DNA of 64,000 nucleotides, taken from the NCBI GenBank assembly GCA_041622995.1, contig JBFJXR010000007.1, forward strand, positions 2,482 to 66,481. Reading direction: 5' to 3'. The notes beneath the pieces were generated by a model. That model was given only the letters and a program-made list of their open reading frames with translations. It was not told where the DNA came from and did not search any database. The stretch is from Nevskiales bacterium. Lineage in GTDB: Bacteria > Pseudomonadota > Gammaproteobacteria > Nevskiales > CAJXLF01. Shown piece by piece: positions 60,573 through 64,000 of the stretch. Numbering within the stretch: the first letter of the stretch is position 1; every line of letters starts with the position of its first letter. The position numbers were made by a program, and so were the translations under genes.

Positions 60573-62702
60573 TCAGCCTCGCTGCCAGCGATGATATTTC
60601 TCCAGGATGCGTAGCGCCCATTGCGGGGCATGGGCCTTCTTCCATTCCCCGGCAGCAAACTTGTTTGCTTCTGCAAGCGTCGGGTAAATATGGATCGTAC
60701 CGAGTATCTTGTTGAGACCCAGCTTGTACTTCATGGCCAGCACATATTCGGCGATTAAATCGCCCGCATGCTCACCCACAATGGTCACACCCAGAATTTT
60801 GTCCTTGCCGGGCACAGTCAACACCTTCACAAAACCATGTGCTTCCGAATCGGCTATGGCCCGATCAAGGTCATCAATCCCATATTTTGTAATCTCGTAT
60901 TCAATACCCTGTTCGTTGGCAGCCGTTTCATTCAAACCGACCGTTGCAACTTCAGGTTCGGTAAAAGTCGCCCAGGGAATAACTGAATAGTCGGTCTTGA
61001 ATTTCCTGAACTTGCCAAACAGTGCATTCACGGCGGCATACCAGGCCTGATGCGAAGCGGTATGCGTAAACTGATAGGGCCCTGCCACGTCACCGGCGGC
61101 AAAGATATTCGGGTAGTTGGTTCGCAGGAATTCGTCGACCACAACGGTACGCTCGACCTCCACGCCCAGTTCTTCAAGACCGAAACCTTTCAGGCGGGCC
61201 ATGCGTCCAACGGCTACCAGTATCTGATCGTAAGGGATTTCAATTTCATCCCCCATATAGTCACAGACCAGTACATTTTCACCTTTTACCTGCCGTACTT
61301 CCTTGGCACGATGCCCGGTCAGGACATTGATACCCTCGGCCTCAAAACGCTCACGCACCAGTTCGGAAACATCCGGATCTTCCTTGATCATGATGCGGTC
61401 CAGCATCTCAACTTGTGTTACTTCTGACCCAAGGCGAGCAAAGGTTTGCGTCAGCTCAGAACCAATGGGGCCGCCGCCCAATACGATCAGCCGCCGGGGT
61501 AATTCACGTAAACCCCAGATCGTATCTGAAGTCAGGAAGCCCGCCTCTTTCAGACCCGGAATGGGTGGCACGAATGGCTCGGCACCGGAGGCGACAACGA
61601 TATGCCGCGCAGAAATGCTTTGACCATTCACCTCTACCGTCCATGGCGAGGTAATCCGGGCATCACCCTTGATACAGTCCACACCGAGATCCGTGAAACG
61701 CTCTACCGAATCATGCGGCTCGATCTTCTTGATTACACGATGCACACGATCCATGACGTCGGCAAAATCAAACTCAGCCGATGCCTGTTTGAAACCGAAC
61801 TCCTTGGCTCGCTGTACATGACTGCGAAACTTTGCCGAACGAATAATGGCCTTGGAAGGCACGCAGCCTGTATTCAGGCAATCCCCGCCCATCTCATGCT
61901 TTTCAATGAGGGTGACCTTGGCTTTGACCGCAGCTGCAATGTAAGCAGACACCAGACCGGCACTGCCGGCACCGATTACCACCATATTGGTATCGAACGA
62001 CTTTGGCTTTTTATAGCCTTTATAAACCCGGCGCGCCTTGAGCCAGTCCAAAGCCTTGCGGGCCAGAAATGGAAATATGGCCAACAGTACAAAGGCGCCG
62101 ATAATATCGGCAGAGAAAATGCCGCCAACAGAATTTATTTCGGCGATTTGCGTGCCGGCAAATACGTAAACGATCGTACCAGGCAACATACCAACCTGGC
62201 TCACCCAGTAGAAAGTCAGGGCTTTGATAGGCGTAAGTCCCATCACCATATTAATCACGAAAAAGGGTACGGCCGGCACCAGGCGAAGGGCAAAAAGGTA
62301 GAAAGGACCGTCCTTCTCCACACCCTTGTTAATAGCCTTGAGACGATCACCAAATTTCTGCTGCACGCTGTCACGCAGAATGAAACGTGAAACCAGGAAC
62401 GCGAGCGTTGCCCCGAGTGTGGACGCGAATGAAACGATGATGACACCCCAAAGCAGGCCAAATATGGCACCTGCTACCAGTGTCATGACTGCAGCACCGG
62501 GCAATGAGAGTCCGGTCACGGCCACATAGCCGGCAAAAAACACAGCCACGGTTAACAGTCTGTGTGCCAGGTAGTAATCCGAAATTGCTGCCTGTTGCGC
62601 CTTGAAATTTTCCAGCGTCAGCAGTGCATCCAGATCAAAATAGAAAAATGCTGCTATGGCCATAACAACCACTGCCAATACCATTACTTTACTTTTATTC
62701 AT
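60573..62702 (-). CDS. VTT (TVP38/DedA) membrane domain fused to a class I pyridine nucleotide-disulfide oxidoreductase
   Basis: N-terminal TM domain with LRLVPAVPFF; GAGSAG, GGDCLNTGCVPSK, GGGPIG, HIYPT. Confidence 0.9.
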   Translation of the reverse strand: MNKSKVMVLAVVVMAIAAFFYFDLDALLTLENFKAQQAAISDYYLAHRLLTVAVFFAGYVAVTGLSLPGAAVMTLVAGAIFGLLWGVIIVSFASTLGATLAFLVSRFILRDSVQQKFGDRLKAINKGVEKDGPFYLFALRLVPAVPFFVINMVMGLTPIKALTFYWVSQVGMLPGTIVYVFAGTQIAEINSVGGIFSADIIGAFVLLAIFPFLARKALDWLKARRVYKGYKKPKSFDTNMVVIGAGSAGLVSAYIAAAVKAKVTLIEKHEMGGDCLNTGCVPSKAIIRSAKFRSHVQRAKEFGFKQASAEFDFADVMDRVHRVIKKIEPHDSVERFTDLGVDCIKGDARITSPWTVEVNGQSISARHIVVASGAEPFVPPIPGLKEAGFLTSDTIWGLRELPRRLIVLGGGPIGSELTQTFARLGSEVTQVEMLDRIMIKEDPDVSELVRERFEAEGINVLTGHRAKEVRQVKGENVLVCDYMGDEIEIPYDQILVAVGRMARLKGFGLEELGVEVERTVVVDEFLRTNYPNIFAAGDVAGPYQFTHTASHQAWYAAVNALFGKFRKFKTDYSVIPWATFTEPEVATVGLNETAANEQGIEYEITKYGIDDLDRAIADSEAHGFVKVLTVPGKDKILGVTIVGEHAGDLIAEYVLAMKYKLGLNKILGTIHIYPTLAEANKFAAGEWKKAHAPQWALRILEKYHRWQRG

Positions 62703-62831
62703 TTCTGTCTCGCTTCAACATAACCATGCCTTGTCTGCACACATGGGCTTCACGGTAAGGGAGCATATTACAGGTTTCATTAAGGTCTTAATAACAAGTT
62801 CTGGTAGTCTGTGCAGTCGGAGGAATGACCT

Positions 62832-64000
62832 ATGGGCAGTAACACTCAATCCAGCACAGGGACTGTGGAAACTCACTACGGTGCCTGCAATTTATGTGAG
62901 GCCATCTGTGGTCTCGAGTTCCAGATTCAGGATGGTGAAATACTGTCTATAAAGGGCGATAAAAACGACCCCTTGAGCCGAGGGCATATCTGCCCTAAAG
63001 CCGTTGCACTCAAGGACATCTACAAGGATCCCGACCGGCTGCGTAAACCGGTGCGTCGCATTAGGGAAGAAAATGGCGATCGCTGGGAAGAAATCGACTG
63101 GGAAACAGCATTCGACGAAGTCACTGACAGACTGGCAACTATTCATGAGCAACAGGGAAACAATGCCATCGGTGTCTATCAGGGCAACCCAAACGTACAT
63201 AATTACGGTTCGATGACGCATAGCAGCCAGTTTCTCGGCCCTCTGCGTACCAAGAGCCGCTTCTCCGCGACCTCGGTTGATCAGTTGCCCCATCAACTGG
63301 TAGGTATGTGGATGTTTGGTCATCAACTGCTTGTCCCCATTACCGATATTGATCGCTGCAATTTTTTCCTGGTGCTAGGTGCGAACCCGATGGCATCCAA
63401 TGGGAGCCTGATGACGGTGCCTGACTTCCGGCACCGGCTTAAAGCCCTGCAGGATCGTGGTGGCAAAATGATCGTTATTGACCCGCGCCGCTCGGAAACG
63501 GCCGACATCGCTGACGAACATCATTTCATTCGCCCGGGGAGTGATGCTGCCTTTCTGGCTGCACTGCTCAACACCCTGTACCAAGAAGACCTGATTGACC
63601 CGAAACATCTTGCAGGCTTCACCGACGGTCTGGACGAAGTGGGTGAGGCGATTCGTGAATTCACCCCGGAACGTGCCGCGGACATCACCGGCATTCCTGC
63701 AGAGGAGATTCGCCGTATTGCCCGTGAGTTCGCCGCAGCCGATGGCGCCGCCTGCTATGGACGCATGGGCGTCTCCACCCAGGCCTATGGTGGCCTGTGT
63801 CAGTGGCTGATACAGCTCATCAATGTCGGCACGGGCAATCTGGACCGACCTGGGGGAGTCCTGTTCACCAAGCCCGCAGTTGATCTGGTGGGCGGCGTGA
63901 GCTCCAAACCGGGTCATTACAATGTCTGGCAAAGCCGTGTCAGCAAGCTGCCTGAATTCAGCGGTGAGCTGCCGGCCTCGACCATGACCGAGGAGATCAT
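62832..64000 (+). CDS. Molybdopterin (DMSO-reductase family) oxidoreductase with N-terminal 4Fe-4S, truncated at the window end
   Basis: Hand translation of the start from ATG 62832: MGSNTQ...CNLCEAICGL...GHICPKA; later SATSVDQLPH and GANPMASNGS segments. Confidence 0.88.
   Translation, partial: MGSNTQSSTGTVETHYGACNLCEAICGLEFQIQDGEILSIKGDKNDPLSRGHICPKAVALKDIYKDPDRLRKPVRRIREENGDRWEEIDWETAFDEVTDRLATIHEQQGNNAIGVYQGNPNVHNYGSMTHSSQFLGPLRTKSRFSATSVDQLPHQLVGMWMFGHQLLVPITDIDRCNFFLVLGANPMASNGSLMTVPDFRHRLKALQDRGGKMIVIDPRRSETADIADEHHFIRPGSDAAFLAALLNTLYQEDLIDPKHLAGFTDGLDEVGEAIREFTPERAADITGIPAEEIRRIAREFAAADGAACYGRMGVSTQAYGGLCQWLIQLINVGTGNLDRPGGVLFTKPAVDLVGGVSSKPGHYNVWQSRVSKLPEFSGELPASTMTEEI

Noticed and set aside
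60573-62702. Mercuric reductase MerA call
   Set aside because: No C-terminal Cys-Cys pair, no HMA domain and no mer genes nearby; the N-terminus is a VTT domain

Overview
Gene-dense chromosomal window from a bacterium, most likely a free-living gammaproteobacterium (inferred from glnS, deaD, apaG, can, cidA/lrgB and a TolC-type RND pump). I call about 52 CDS, two of them truncated by the window edges. I found no rRNA, tRNA, CRISPR array, phage or transposase gene. The content is strongly skewed to lipid handling: a FAAH-type amidase, a neutral ceramidase lipoprotein, a P450 with a Rieske ferredoxin, two desaturase/hydroxylases, a YhhN-like protein, an SGNH hydrolase, an acyltransferase, an enoyl-CoA hydratase and two MMPL/RND paralogues. 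The best candidates for an undescribed system are: (1) a PAQR/hemolysin-III::PaaI thioesterase fusion followed by an apparently catalytically dead alpha/beta hydrolase; (2) a TetR-MMPL-LolA-like-OM barrel-SGNH-DUF1302 putative trans-envelope lipid conduit; (3) a tandem, translationally coupled pair of membrane proteins with degenerate GGDEF-like domains; (4) a lipoprotein-anchored Tat GMC dehydrogenase + ThuA module. Dispersed GTCAT...ATGAC palindromic repeats and three structured intergenic RNA candidates are also visible. All family assignments come from motif recognition by eye; no database search was run.
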